Of a stretch of DNA of 64,000 nucleotides, positions 47,103 to 58,351 are shown in pieces. Every line of letters begins with the position of its first letter. The stretch's first letter is position 1. The DNA is from Lenisia limosa. Its lineage: Eukaryota; Protista; Breviatea. The position numbers and the translations under genes are program-made. Location of the stretch: contig LPNZ01003549.1 in the NCBI GenBank assembly GCA_001655205.1, positions 1-64,000 of the forward strand, written 5' to 3'. The notes beneath the pieces are model-generated. The model saw nothing but the letters and a program-made list of their open reading frames with translations. It ran no database searches and was not told the origin of the DNA.

Positions 47103-47694
47103 GATAGAAATTCCTCAATGCATTGTCTCAGACGTAATTATTTATCAAGAGAAACTAATAAACCAATTGGAAGCAATAAGAGGGGCCTTGTCAAGTCCAT
47201 TTCTTCCAATTTTGTTTCTTTGGAAGCCTTTCCCGCTCTTACTCTTATCAAAACACCCTACTAACACCAACCTTGCAACCTTGCACCAACACCAACCAAA
47301 CAACAACATTTTTCTTTTCTCATTTGTAAGGCGGGGTGGCGGCGGCGGGGCACCTATCTTATCCTCTCATTGTGAATTNNNNNNNNNNNNNNNNNNNNNN
47401 NNNNNNNNNNNNNNNNNNNNNNNNNNNNNNNNNNNNNNNNNNNNNNNNNNNNNNNNNNNNNNNNNNNNNNNNNNNNNNNNNNNNNNNNNNNNNNNNNNNN
47501 NNNNNNNNNNNNNNNNNNNNNNNNNNNNNNNNNNNNNNNNNNNNNNNNNNNNNNAACTGGATATATAGATATATTAATATATTATATCATATCGATATGT
47601 GGAATGTGACACCAGTAATAAACAAAAACACAAATCATACATCTCGACATCTCAACAATGAAATCAGCAAATTAGAACAAACAAACTTGTGATC

Positions 47695-48440
47695 CTAATA
47701 GGTTCGCTTCCTGGCGACCTTCCTTTGAAGGTCCAACTCCACGCGTGCCTCTTCCAACTCCTCGTCAGGCCGGTCGAGCCCGACAACTACTGAAATGTTC
47801 TCTTCAGTAAACATTGAAAACACTGGAACGGATCTGCATGTTGGGATCAAGCCAAGTTGCGCGGATTGTTCACTAAAAGGGTCACCCAAAAGAAGGTTTC
47901 CCAAAAAGACTGAATTTCTTAAATTGAATACTTTTTGAACGGAAGTGAATCCCATAATGGCGAAATCAAATCCCATCCGACCTTTCAATTGCTGCTGTAC
48001 GTAGCTGTTCCAGTTTCGAATCCGCTTCACTAGCAAGCTATTTCGTAAGACTTATCCACCCATACTTTTTTCCTGTAGTTCACTATTCCGCCTTCATTAG
48101 CAATGGCATCCAATAACCGCTGTTTTTGTTCCTGTGGCCCATACCGGGCCTCTGTGCCGTAGCTTCCATCCTCCTGCTGTTTGAGAGAGAAAAAAAAAAA
48201 AGGAGAGAGCACAAAAAGTCCACTGAGGAGGAAAAATCGATTCTTCGAATAAGGCATTTTTCTGCTTGCTTTTTGTGCAAAAATGTTATATACGTGTTCT
48301 TAAGCTGTATTCGAATGGATAAGATATTTCCCACTAACCCGTACTCCCAAGGAGATGAAGTTCTTTTCTTTAGCCTCTTCGCAGTTCTCACTGTCCATAA
48401 AGAGAACATCACCGTCGTTTTCATCATCCTAATCTTGTAA
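47695..48440 (-). CDS. Hypothetical protein, multi-exon; 5' end upstream of an AT-rich intron, unresolved
   Basis: Spliceable exons DDENDGDVLFMDSENCEEAKEKNFISLGVR|, QEDGSYGTEARYGPQEQKQRLLDAIANEGG, ...ELEEARVELDLQRKVARKRTY*. Confidence 0.5.
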
Positions 48441-49013
48441 GTTCTCGAACAATAAGAATGATATGGAGATAAATTGTGATGAGAGCAGAAAAGAAACCTT
48501 GTTGAGGATGAAAAAAAAAAAAAAGTCACAGGGAAGTATTCTTCATACATAATATGAGTATATCATATGATACGTGTATGTACATTATGTAGAGAGTATA
48601 TCTATTAGTATAGATATATCTTATATCATATGATATAGATATTCCAAATGTACATATGATATACTAATAGCAATAATACGAGCTCTGGGGCCCATTTGCA
48701 TTAACAGAAGTGACACCGCAAGACCAAGGTAATTTTTCAATTTTCCTTCTGGTATCCCTTCCCTAGATTTCAAATGCATAAATTGGAGTGCCAAAGAGAC
48801 GAGAACCGAGCAGTTTTAAGAAGCTACTCTGAAGGAGGTACTTAAAATTTGAGCTAAAATTTTTATTTGCCGAGTGAGCTAAATTTACGTAAAAACTTAA
48901 ACCCCGAGGGCTACCCAACTTTGTAAGAATCGAATAAGAGGTGCTATATAAAAATAGCCCTTTGTCTTTCCAGGTAACGTTTATGGTTTACTGAGAAAAA
49001 CAAAACAAGAAAA

Positions 49014-49085
49014 AGGCCACGGCGAGAATCGAACTCGCGTTACTGGAATCAGAACCCAGGGTGATGACCATTACACTACGCAGCC
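49014..49085 (-). tRNA. tRNA-Gln (anticodon CTG)
   Basis: GGCTGCGTAGTGTAATGGTCATCACCCTGGGTTCTGATTCCAGTAACGCGAGTTCGATTCTCGCCGTGGCCT: full cloverleaf, 72 nt, no encoded CCA, followed by a T-run Pol III terminator. Confidence 0.97.
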
Positions 49086-49774
49086 GGTCGAAAAATATGG
49101 AATTTTTTTTCAGAGTGGATCGAATACCAAAAAATCGGATTTCATGGTGCTTCTTAGCATTTATTGTTCTTTCAAAAGCTTCTTCGCGCTTAATTCAACT
49201 AATTCTCAAAACTGGACCAGTGTTACACATAGGGTTATTGCCAATTTCCTTCTCTTTGTCTCCTCTTTGTTCTTTGTACAGACTGTTTCCCATCCCCTTT
49301 CCAATTAGTTGACTCAATACACCCAAAAAAACTTCTTAGCCCCCCCCCTCTCCTCGGTGCTCCCGAGGAACTACTCTCCATAACTCAGGAACTGTTCTCT
49401 GAAGAGAGCCTGTCAAAGGGCAAGCAGCGAGTTGGCTACTTGCACAAGCACCCACCACATTGTACGATTTCGTCTTTGTCTGCACTAGCCATGTTCCTTT
49501 TCGGATTCACATTTAAGTGTTTTCCTTTTACCCAATGGTGCTTCTTTGCGCCCCCATCCCCAATTCTCCCCTGGTGACTCTATCTTCCACATCTAGCTCT
49601 AATCATTGTACTTTTTGTATAGATCGTTTCCTTTTCTTCTGAAACGTCTACACTTGCATTTTTTTTTTTTTTTTTTTTTGNNNNNNNNNNNNNNNNNNNN
49701 NNNNNNNNNNNNNNNNNNNNNNNNNNNNNNNNNNNNNNNNNNNNNNNNNNNNNNNNNNNNNNNNNNNNNNNNNN

Positions 49775-50040
49775 TCATCGTCATCGCCGCCGAAACTGTC
49801 TATTGCCCCTTGCCGTATTGTCTTCGTCTTCGTCCTCGCTGCCGCCAGCGCCGCAACTGTCTGTTGCTTTGTTGTATTGTGTCCGTCTACGTCCTCGCTG
49901 CTGCCTATCGTCTTCGTCTTCGTTTCGCTACCACCGCTGCTGCCTATTGCCTTTTGCCGTATCTTCACCGCCGCAACTCTCTATTGCCCCTTGCCGTATT
50001 GTCTTCGTCTACGTCGCCGCCGCCGAAACTACCGCCGCCT
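49775..50040. repeat. GC-rich degenerate repeat (tattgccccttgccgtattgtcttcgtct units; (cgt)n/(cgc)n tracts)
   Basis: Near-identical ~35-bp units at ~49798 and ~49978 plus partial copies; adjacent to an N-gap. Confidence 0.75.
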
Positions 50041-50349
50041 TCACTTGATTGATACCTGGGTCCTCAATGGAGTGCTTCACTGGGTCGGTCTGTTCTTGGT
50101 GAGCACTGTTGTTCTCTTGGCCCGCCGCGATCGGTCCTATGTTTTGGGCCGTTTTCGCTTCCGCTTTGGCCGCCAAGGTTCGACGAGTGCAAGCATATAG
50201 CACTTCGTAGGGTTTAGGGTACCCCCGTTTTTCTAGTTAGCATTCCCGCCGCCGCCACCTAATCATGTTGTTCTCTTTTCCCTTTTTTCTTGCTCCATTT
50301 ACTGGTAGTTTATGTGTTTGTGTTTTTCATTTTCGATATTCAATTTTTG

Positions 50350-50590
50350 TCCTTCCAAAACTTTTGATAACCTGTCCCCACTCCAAAGGGAGGACTCCCC
50401 AGCTCACATTTATGACGCAAATATTCCATTCCACTACTTAGCAGCCGGCCTAGTGCCCGAATTTAGTGACGAACTGAATTTTGTATCCCCTATTGAGGCA
50501 ATTTGCGCCCCCAAAAAGCTGTCAACAATCATCCTTGATGGCTCATACGAAATATGGAATATAAGGAACTCCCTTGCCTCGCACTAATCC
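50350..50590 (+). pseudogene. Possible 3' remnant of a non-LTR retrotransposon ORF2
   Basis: HYLAAGLVP...ILDGSYEIWNIRN resembles the GLIP...IWxxRN C-terminal signature of LINE ORF2; no RT core seen. Confidence 0.25.
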
Positions 50591-51095
50591 AACAACCCAA
50601 TCCACTCTCGGAATTCTCTTCCCCTCTCTATACAACCCTGAGGCTAGCCTAATTATTTTAGGGCAAGCCTTTTATTAAAGTGTTGGAAACATATTACTAC
50701 TATTACTTGCTTCCCCCTTCCCTGAAATTACACAGAGGTGTGACAGACTGAGCCTGGTTAGCCAGTACTCACCCAGCTGCGGCTGGGGTCTCCGAGCACC
50801 TAGTGTGACTCGAGGGGGTGGGCGCCGAGGAGCGTGGGCGCGGAGGTATGGTAATTTGTTGATGGTATCTCTATGTATTTTTTTGTTTCCCAGATTTTTA
50901 ATGTACTATATTATTTATCGTTCAAAAAAAATAAATATTTTTTTACTACGCCTTGCCAAGACCTCCCCTTGGTGTCCATCATCGCCACTAGTCGCCAAAT
51001 TGTTGATTTTTTTTTTTTTTTTTTTTCNNNNNNNNNNNNNNNNNNNNNNNNNNNNNNNNNNNNNNNNNNNNNNNNNNNNNNNNNNNNNAAAGATG

Positions 51096-51686
51096 TCATC
51101 CCTCTCTAACTTTTAAATCATATTTATCAAGAGAACCAGGATTGTATGGATTTAGGTATTTCATGACTTTTGATGTGGCAAATTCCTTATTTTGATGTTC
51201 AATGCATCTTATTTCTCTTTTCAAATGATTGTATCTTTCAATAACAATCAATTTGGACAGCAGAGGATAAATATCAAGCAATTTTTTAGAGGATCACCTT
51301 AAAAAGAAAAAACTTGTACAAGACACGGGTGTATTATATCTCGCTTCAATAGCGATAGAAACAAATTGTTTGAGCCCCCAAGAAGGGCGAACCCCAAGAA
51401 GACCTCCCAAGCAAGAGTCTCTTGCATCCATCCCAATATCAAAACATCCTTCAAGCTCCCAACGCCAAGCCCCTCTTACCTCTATTGCTCTTGCTAAGTC
51501 TCGTTTTCGGATAAGTTCTCGCAAGTCGGAAATTGAAGGGAAATTTTTAATTTCAGCAGCCTCCGCCTCCTCAAGTCTAAAACCGTCAACACCATCTGAG
51601 AATCTTCTATGGCTACATGGGAAGAGGAAGGCTGTCGAATAGTTCAAGGCGCTCCTCCGAATTGTCTGAAATGGATTTGAGACCAT
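51096..51686 (-). CDS. Hypothetical, probably mitochondrial protein
   Basis: MVSNPFQTIRRSALNYSTAFLFPCSHRRFS|DG is presequence-like (basic, no acidic residues, RRFS site); three spliceable exons. Confidence 0.45.
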
Positions 51687-51692
51687 TGGGGA

Positions 51693-54305
51693 TCATGCGC
51701 TGAAATGTAAGACTACTGGCTTGCTTGCAAACTCGAATCTCTTTTTCAAGAAGGTCAACTTCATCAGAGTCTTGCTCGCAAAAATGTGCGTCAGCTGCGG
51801 TCAGGCGCCTAAGAGTAATGGGAGGGGGTAAATGAACTCACAGTTTACAAGCACTGGCAATATCCCAGACTCTCATTGTAAAGTCCACGGCTCCAGAGAG
51901 TATGACTCTTGATTGCTTATCAAAGCTCAGCGTTCGGATTTCCTGCGCAATTATACTACCCTAACACATACCGCCAAGTGTCCCGCTAGACTGGCAACAT
52001 GTCTTCCTTCTTTGAAGTCCAGCAGTGTGACGACACCATCAACGCCACCACTTGCAATATACCTTCCATCTGGGCTACAGGCAAGAACAAGGGGGTTCGA
52101 CTGCGCATTAAAATGGGTTTGAGGTAGCTTACCATGAGGGAGCTATAAGTTCTAACACACTGTCCAGTTTGAATTGCCCAAACACGAACGGTCTGTATGG
52201 TAAGAATTGAGCAAAATTGACATCGCTTACTCTATCAACTGATCCGGTGATCACGTAGTTGGAGTTTTGATGGAAGCAAATAGACTACACTATTAGGAGG
52301 ACAACAGAAGTCGGTCTCACCGTAATATCAGCAGTATGTCCGACAAAGAGACGAAGCGGCCGGTTTTGCGTTGTTGACCAAAGACGAGCAGTGTTGTCAC
52401 GACCTCCAGAAGCAAAATAGTAACCCTAATCATTATATGTCAAAGGTGTGCCTTACATGAGGTGAGAAAGCACAGCACCAAACAGGCATAATGTGCCCAA
52501 CAAAATTCACAACACACATCTTTGACTCCATATTCCACAACTTGACTAAGGGATAAGAGGAAGGAAAGCAGAGCCCACTGATGCCGTCTTCTGAGCAAGA
52601 AAGAAGTAAAGAACCAGTTTTGTCAAATTCAAGTCCATGAATCGGTTTTCTGTGCCCTACAAGGCGATGCTGTGCCTGCTGGCTTTCAATAGCTAAACAT
52701 AACAATCAAAGAGTCGCTTACTCAATTTGCAATCTGAATCCATTCTTGGCATGAAAACCCGGATAATTCCATCTTCACCCCCAAAAGCAAGCCACTTGAA
52801 GTCTTTTGAAAGAGTTGCACACGTGGCACTAAGGAGTTATCAGTGATAGACTCTCAACTGTTTGCTCTGGTTGACGTTGTAGAGTCCGACTGGTGGAAGG
52901 GGCCGGTTTGTTCCAAGAACTCGACAATTTTCGCGTTCATTTTTAATTGCTTCAATTTCCTTAGCACTGTATCTAAAAAGATTACGTAGGCATTTTACAA
53001 ACAAATTAAGGAGACCAAGATCGGATCCGCAGTGGGGTGCTGGAGGGGGGCGCTCTTGCTGGTATAACTGTTTTTCTTCCTGAAAGATAAGCTAAGAAGA
53101 TCTTATTCATTGTCTTTCAATTTGCCCAAACTCACATGATAGATAACTGGATCCTGAACTCCCCACTTGACTTCAATCTTGAGGGTGAATGAAAGAGTCT
53201 CAGAGAACAACAACAAAAAGAAATACGAACCCACTTGTTGATTTCTGATACTATGCTCATTCATGTGGCCAAATTTATCATAGTTAGGCAAATCATTAGA
53301 AGCTGAATAGATAAGCATACAAAGCTCCTGTACTCCTACTTTGAAATTCGATAAACTGGTTGACAATTGAAAACAAGGGAATCTAATGGTTAATCAGAAT
53401 CAAGGGGAGTTGTGACATTTACCATATTCGCAGCACTGAGGTAACTGACAAGTAAGCTGTGTCCGATCTTTGTGATGGGAACCTGAACAGTTAATCTTTG
53501 GTGACACCTAGAACGGGCCCACAACAAAGCGTTGTTGGCGCCATCGATGTACCACGGTTTGTGGCGAGTCTTCAGGAGTTTTCTGTTTGTCACAAACAAG
53601 AGGATTGCCTACTTTCGGTTTGCCTCCCTCATGTGTTTCGGCTACCGGGAATGGATAAGAATGGAAATGAGCCGGGGTGTTCACACTCCTGAGCTTGGAG
53701 ATATCATAGTCAAATACAATGTCATGCTCAGCTCCATATTTGCTCATCAGTATTTCAGCTAAAAGGTCAATTCATTGACAACAAACGTTCTTACCTTCAT
53801 CAACTCCCTTTTCAACAAGCTGCAGGTATGTTTGCACGAAAGTTGGGTATAGAAAGAGGCGAAACTCGGGCTAAAATATGTTAAAAACCTATACTATGCC
53901 AACTTTATACTTGTCAATAGAAGAGTGGACCCAGTCATGAAGGTCTTTGTATAGATCAAAGAGTTGGCTTCCTTGGCGACGGTCACGTTCAGTGGTAGGT
54001 CCTGGAGGTATTAGGGAACTTGGACTGTGGTAGTGTTAAAGAAACCAACTTGGCTGTGTTGTCCGTGTCTTCACCTAAATAAATTAGACAGTTCATAGAT
54101 TGATCATCCCTCTTACTTCAGCAATGGCAGAATTAATTTTATTGCATATCTCTTTTTGGCCTGAAGCATTCAAGAAATCTTGAATGCTTTTGAGTGTTTG
54201 AGGATCATAGTCGGCAGGCAGGTTCAAAGGAGCGAGAGGTTTAGGGGAAGCCGTTCGATTAATAGGTGGAGCTGACTGGGCTTGGGAAATGTATGTACTC
54301 ATCAT
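51693..54305 (-). CDS. TAF5: TFIID subunit 5 (NTD2 + WD40)
   Basis: NTD2 LYKDLHDWVHSSID...LFLYPTFVQTYLQLV. WD40s LVGHRKPIHGLEFD, VGHIMPVWCCAFSP-GYYFASGGRDNTARLW..RPLRLFVGHTAD, FHQNSNYVITGSVD, SPDGRYIASGG. Last exon ambiguous. Confidence 0.9.
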
Positions 54306-54687
54306 ATATTTTCTTATTTTAGTACTGTGCAAATTCTAGATAACTCACTCATGCATATGTCGTCAATGCAGGTGCAATTTGGGAATTTGGGTGCAATGCA
54401 GGAAATAGCAGAGGATTGTAGCGAAACTGGTTCCCCGGTCCAACCGTGGGTCTAAATCTTTGGACTGGGGACCCGGCTCGTGGAAGGAAAGATCAGACCA
54501 CAGTCGCTGCCGGGGTTTTTCAATTTTCATTTTCTTGCGCTTGTTTCAGCTTGTTCTGGTCAGTTTCTTGTTTCTTTTCAGTTTCTTTTAGTTCTTTAGG
54601 ATTGTTGAGTTCTTTTTCAGTCTCTTTAGTGTCTAGAAGAGAGTAATCATTTTCCTCTAGTCATTTTTTTTTGCAGGAAGGACAGAC

Positions 54688-57171
54688 ATGCAGATTAAAG
54701 TGAAGACAACAACTCGTTTAGAGTTTGTTGTAGATGTAGAGCCATCCGAGACAGTATTTGGGGATTATGAGTAGTTTCTACCATTTGTGTCTTCATCAGC
54801 AATGGTATCTTTTCCTGTAAGGCTTCTTTTTATTGATATTTAGTGAATTAAATGGGGATGTTTTGAAAGTAAAGCTTCAGGTGTCAGTCCTTCGTGAAAA
54901 GGTCATCGCAGCTCATCCTCCTTATGCCAACATGTCTTGTAGGCTTATCCTTGCAGGAACGGTTTTGAAGGTAAGTATTTAACTGTTCAATAAATGTTTT
55001 TAATCTATTTGTCTATTTTCCCTTTTTCATTCTGTGGCATGTAATCGCGTTTTAGGATGAAACACTGGTGTCTGAGTTGAAGGTGTCTGATACCTCTTTC
55101 CTTGTTGCTATGCCCATGAAGGTTTGTTTGCCAAAGGAGATTGGTCTTTTAGTTGTGTTGAGTCGATATTCTGGCACATCTTCAAATTGATGTGGTGTAG
55201 AAGAAAGCAACGTCGTCGCCACCAGCAGCCCAAGTTGCGCCAGCACAGCCCACCCCGGTTACCCCTCCTGTGCCTGCTGTTGAAGAAAAGGCTGCGTCGG
55301 TGGAGTCAAAGATGGAGGCGGAAGATGATGCTGAAGGTAGGTTACAGAGAGTCAGACATTTCCTTTTCCTTTTTTTTTTTTTTTTTTTGNNNNNNNNNNN
55401 NNNNNNNNNNNNNNNNNNNNNNNNNNNNNNNNNNNNNNNNNNNNNNNNNNNNNNNNNNNNAAATGAAGATGCCAAAGAAAAAGAAAAGGAAGATATAAAG
55501 GAAGAAGTTGTTGCACCTAGCACGTTGGATAACAATTTATTTTTCAAATATCATTTTTCAGAGTTGACGCTGCCGCGTCTGCACTTGTGTCTGATGAGGC
55601 GGAGATTTCTTCAACGGTAAGTGGGGGGATTTCTATTTTGCTATCGCTTCTCAATTTTTTACCAAATAGGTCATGCAACTCATGGAAATTTCCGGAAAAG
55701 ACAAGGAAACCTGTGACAAGGCTCTGTACGCAGCCTATGGCAATCCAGACCGTGCGGTTGAGTATCTGTTCTCTGACCACATCCCCGAGAGAGCTGCACC
55801 AGTTATGCAACCAATGGTATTTTATTGACATTTGATTGACCAATCCAGGCTGGTCCAGGAATGGGCGCACAAGCGCATCCTGGGATGGGAGAAGATTCTG
55901 GGATGGGGGATGACGAAGAAATGGGTTGGCATTTATGAACTATTTTTAACAAGTCAAAGGTGGCTTTGGAGAACTTGATGTGTCTAATCCTGAGGCCGCT
56001 TTCGAAGCTTTGAGAAATAATCCCCAGTTCAATGCTCTCAGGTTTGCTGTTGTCTGTTCATTGTATGACTACTTAGATTCCTTTGCCAATCCAACCCAGC
56101 CATTACCCAACCCCTTATCGGACAAATTGCGGCATCCCATCCTGGCATGCTTCAGCTGATTCGTGACAACGGTGAACAGTTCATGGCTTTCCTTCAGGAG
56201 GTAAGCTGCTTTGTGGTCATCTGTATTATTCTGTGATGATTAGAACATGTGACTTTTGACTTTTTGGCAACATAGTATAGTGCAACAATTTGTTGTTTTC
56301 TCCCTGTTGCATATTTTGACGAGCACAAGGTGCTCTGGGCCTGACAGTGGTCTGGGGTGTTAAATGACCGCAATATCTCAGATATGTCACAAATGAATGA
56401 TCCTTTTTGTTGCTGTTGCCATCAGTTGTGGCTCCTGTTACCCTCTAGCCATTGACAGAGGAACAAATGGCGCAGGCCACGCAAGAGTCACAGAGAATGA
56501 TGGGACCGGCAATGGGCTCAGCAGACGCCGCATCCGCCGCTGTTGGTCTGTAGGGTTTTGTTAATGGCTCTTCACCAAGGAATTAACTCACTAGGAGCAC
56601 CTGGAATGGGTGAACCTGGAATGGGAGAGCCGGGAATGGGCGAGGCCCCTCAAGGTGCACTTCCTCCTAATACTATTCAGGTTTGTATTTTCTGTTTCCT
56701 AATGGCAGCACTCTAAATTTTTATTATATTTTATTTGATTTTTAATATTTTTATTATTATTATGATAGGTGACGGAAGCGGAAAAGGCTGCAATAGAAAG
56801 AGTAAGCTTCTTGTCAGTATGATACTCCCAAGTTGGGCTTCACTTCGGTTCCAAGAACCACTGCTAAATATCGATATTTCCCAAGTCTTTTTTAGACCGA
56901 GGTGAAGCCCAAACCAAACCACAATTACAAAACTTCAAGTTAAAGACTGGTCTGTTTTCTCAGATATTCTTTAGCTTTGTGAACTTGGATTCCCTCGTGA
57001 AGCTGCTATTCAAGCTTATTTCGCATGCGACAAGAACGAAGAAATGGCTGCTAACTTCCTTCGTATGTCTGGCTACTCTGTTTTGTGTTTTACTTTTGTG
57101 CTCTTTTTGCTTAATTCATACATAATAGTTAAACTCACAGTTTAGTTTCTACCATGGATGACTACATGTAA
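54688..57171 (+). CDS. RAD23: UV excision repair/proteasome shuttle factor (UBL-UBA1-XPCB-UBA2)
   Basis: [101 protein letters not shown]. Confidence 0.96.
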
Positions 57172-57711
57172 ATCTTTGTTGTAATTTTCAATGCACTACT
57201 ATTCTTTAATAATTATCATGTTGAGGATTTCCTATACCGTTTGGAGTTACACTATTTCGTATTCAGAGTGTTTGTGATTTGCTGTTGCAACTACATTGCA
57301 TTATGGGTCGAAATACTAATAGAAGCACTTTTCGAGCTTCCGAGCTTGCAAGGACCTTGACAGTCGGTAAAAGTACAAAACCTCACAACCAAACCAGACC
57401 AGCCAAACCCACAAGAAAAAAATATCTTTCAAGCGCACAAGGCACACTATTTCCATAACCATCAACCACACCACACATTTCTCACATTTCATTTGCCAAC
57501 TTGCCAACCAATCATACCTCCCCCCTCTCCCCCAAATCCCACATTCCTACCCATCATCAACTCATCATACATACATATCAAACTATCAAACAAACGTTGA
57601 ACAAACGTGCAAAAGTTGCTTATTGGCTTGTGTCTTAGTGTTGCATGAAAGAACCCAGAGAACACGAGAACACAACACATTAACCTGCCATCACAACTCC
57701 AGAGGAGGGTG

Positions 57712-57785
57712 GGAATGGTGGAACTAACTCTGATTGATGTGACCTTCGGGCCACCGGGTGTTCGAAACCCCACCATTTCATTTTT
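57712..57785 (+). ncRNA. tRNA-like element with A/B boxes and a T-run (pseudo-tRNA, SINE head or small Pol III RNA)
   Basis: 8-bp terminal stem GGAATGGT/ACCATTTC, UUCG hairpin 57739-57754, GTTCGAAAC B-box 57760-57768, TTTTT at 57781; anticodon and D arms incomplete. Confidence 0.4.
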
Positions 57786-58351
57786 GTTAAGTAATTTCGT
57801 AAATGGGGATCCGAGGTACTAGTTGCTAATTTTTTACCGTGAATTGATGATTTTTCACGACAACTCTCGTGCTTAAATTTACCCCCCAATTACCAGGTTT
57901 CAGCCCTCTGAGCCGTCCAGGTCTTACTCCTCTGGTTGGTTCAGAGGGGGTTTCAGCCAGGTTTCGTTTCTCTAAATATTACCGCAAAACAAAAACAATA
58001 TTTCAAAATATGCCAAATCCCAAATCTAACAGATTAAGCAGTGCTTCATTGAGAAAAACCATGGGGTCTCTTCTCTATACTACCCATGAGAAAAACAACT
58101 CGCTCCACAAAACCCCTCTTCGTATATGAGCACTGGGAATCATCATAAAACATTGTAAACAATCACAAAAGCTCATGATCTTCAGAGTTGGACTCAAACT
58201 AGATTTTTTCCCTTAACCAATCCTCGAATATTCTTATAATTAGAGTAGCTACAAAACTATGTACTTTTTTATTTGCGAATTGGAGTTTTGCATTTTTGGC
58301 CAGCAGTTGTCACCTCGGTTCCCCATCTAGTGATTTTACCTCCCATCTCCC

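Larger units (their letters stand above)
1522..55460. other. Eleven scaffold N-gaps (1522-1593, 2389-2530, 4258-4314, 14306-14373, 21289-21398, 43289-43364, 44642-44753, 47379-47554, 49681-49774, 51028-51088, 55390-55460)
   Basis: Runs of n, often next to poly-G or poly-T; gene models crossing them are provisional. Confidence 0.98.

Noticed and set aside
50210-50225. Telomeric repeat TTTAGGG as evidence of the organism's telomere motif
   Set aside because: Only about 1.5 units; expected by chance. No telomerase-RNA template could be identified in the window
8172-57171. Functional cluster of genome-maintenance genes (TERT, Sir2, ALC1, TAF5, RAD23)
   Set aside because: Interspersed with unrelated genes (PIGB, beta-oxidation, cyclase) in mixed orientations; no shared regulatory motif seen
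57805-57860. U4 snRNA-like words (ATCCGAGG, TTGCTAATT, Sm-like U-tract)
   Set aside because: No 5' U6-pairing stem II sequence upstream, the k-turn stem does not close properly, and there is no canonical Sm site at the expected position
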